Below, in pieces: positions 63,952 through 64,000 of a DNA stretch of 64,000 nucleotides. The position numbers and the translations under genes are program-made. The notes below the pieces were generated by a model. That model searched no databases, had not been told where the DNA came from, and worked only from the letters and a program-made list of their open reading frames with translations. The stretch lies in the NCBI RefSeq assembly GCF_040938485.1, contig NW_027271300.1:124001-188000 (forward strand), in the 5' to 3' direction. Positions within the stretch are counted from its first letter, which is position 1. Every line of letters starts with the position of its first letter. This stretch comes from Diadema antillarum. Taxonomy: Eukaryota.

Positions 63952-64000
63952 TTAAAGGAACCAAAACCCAAAGAGAAATGTGGATTGAGGGAAAGCAGCA
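63952..64000 (+). mobile_element. Possible left end of another Kolobok-like element (cut by the window edge)
   Basis: It starts TTAAAGGAACC, the same style as the other TTAA-RR ends here. The partner end is not visible. Confidence 0.35.

Noticed and set aside
1-64000. CRISPR arrays, rRNA, intact tRNA or a transposase/RT ORF
   Set aside because: I saw no regularly spaced repeat-spacer array, no rRNA or complete tRNA structure, and no catalytic motifs.

Overview
This is AT-rich eukaryotic genomic DNA. The CpG-depleted background, frequent TACATGTA, many MITEs and long poly-C/G tracts suggest a marine invertebrate deuterostome, probably an echinoderm (inference). The only recognisable protein-coding signal is a FAM53-family gene on the + strand. 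Its large central exon (17583-18430) has canonical splice sites and the family motifs PPAPPKKRHCRSLS, STPPESPIPRPAS and RCRSQP...KKRRR...RPKLDLFKM. A phase-compatible 70-nt candidate exon lies upstream (4022-4091). I could not find the start exon or the terminal exon, so most of the window is probably intron (about 13.5 kb, then possibly more than 45 kb). That sequence holds about a dozen non-autonomous DNA-transposon elements (one nested), microsatellites, a 257-N assembly gap and several CpG-retaining, enhancer- or promoter-like patches. I found no convincing novel biological system. The findings are structural leads, and most are low to moderate in strength.
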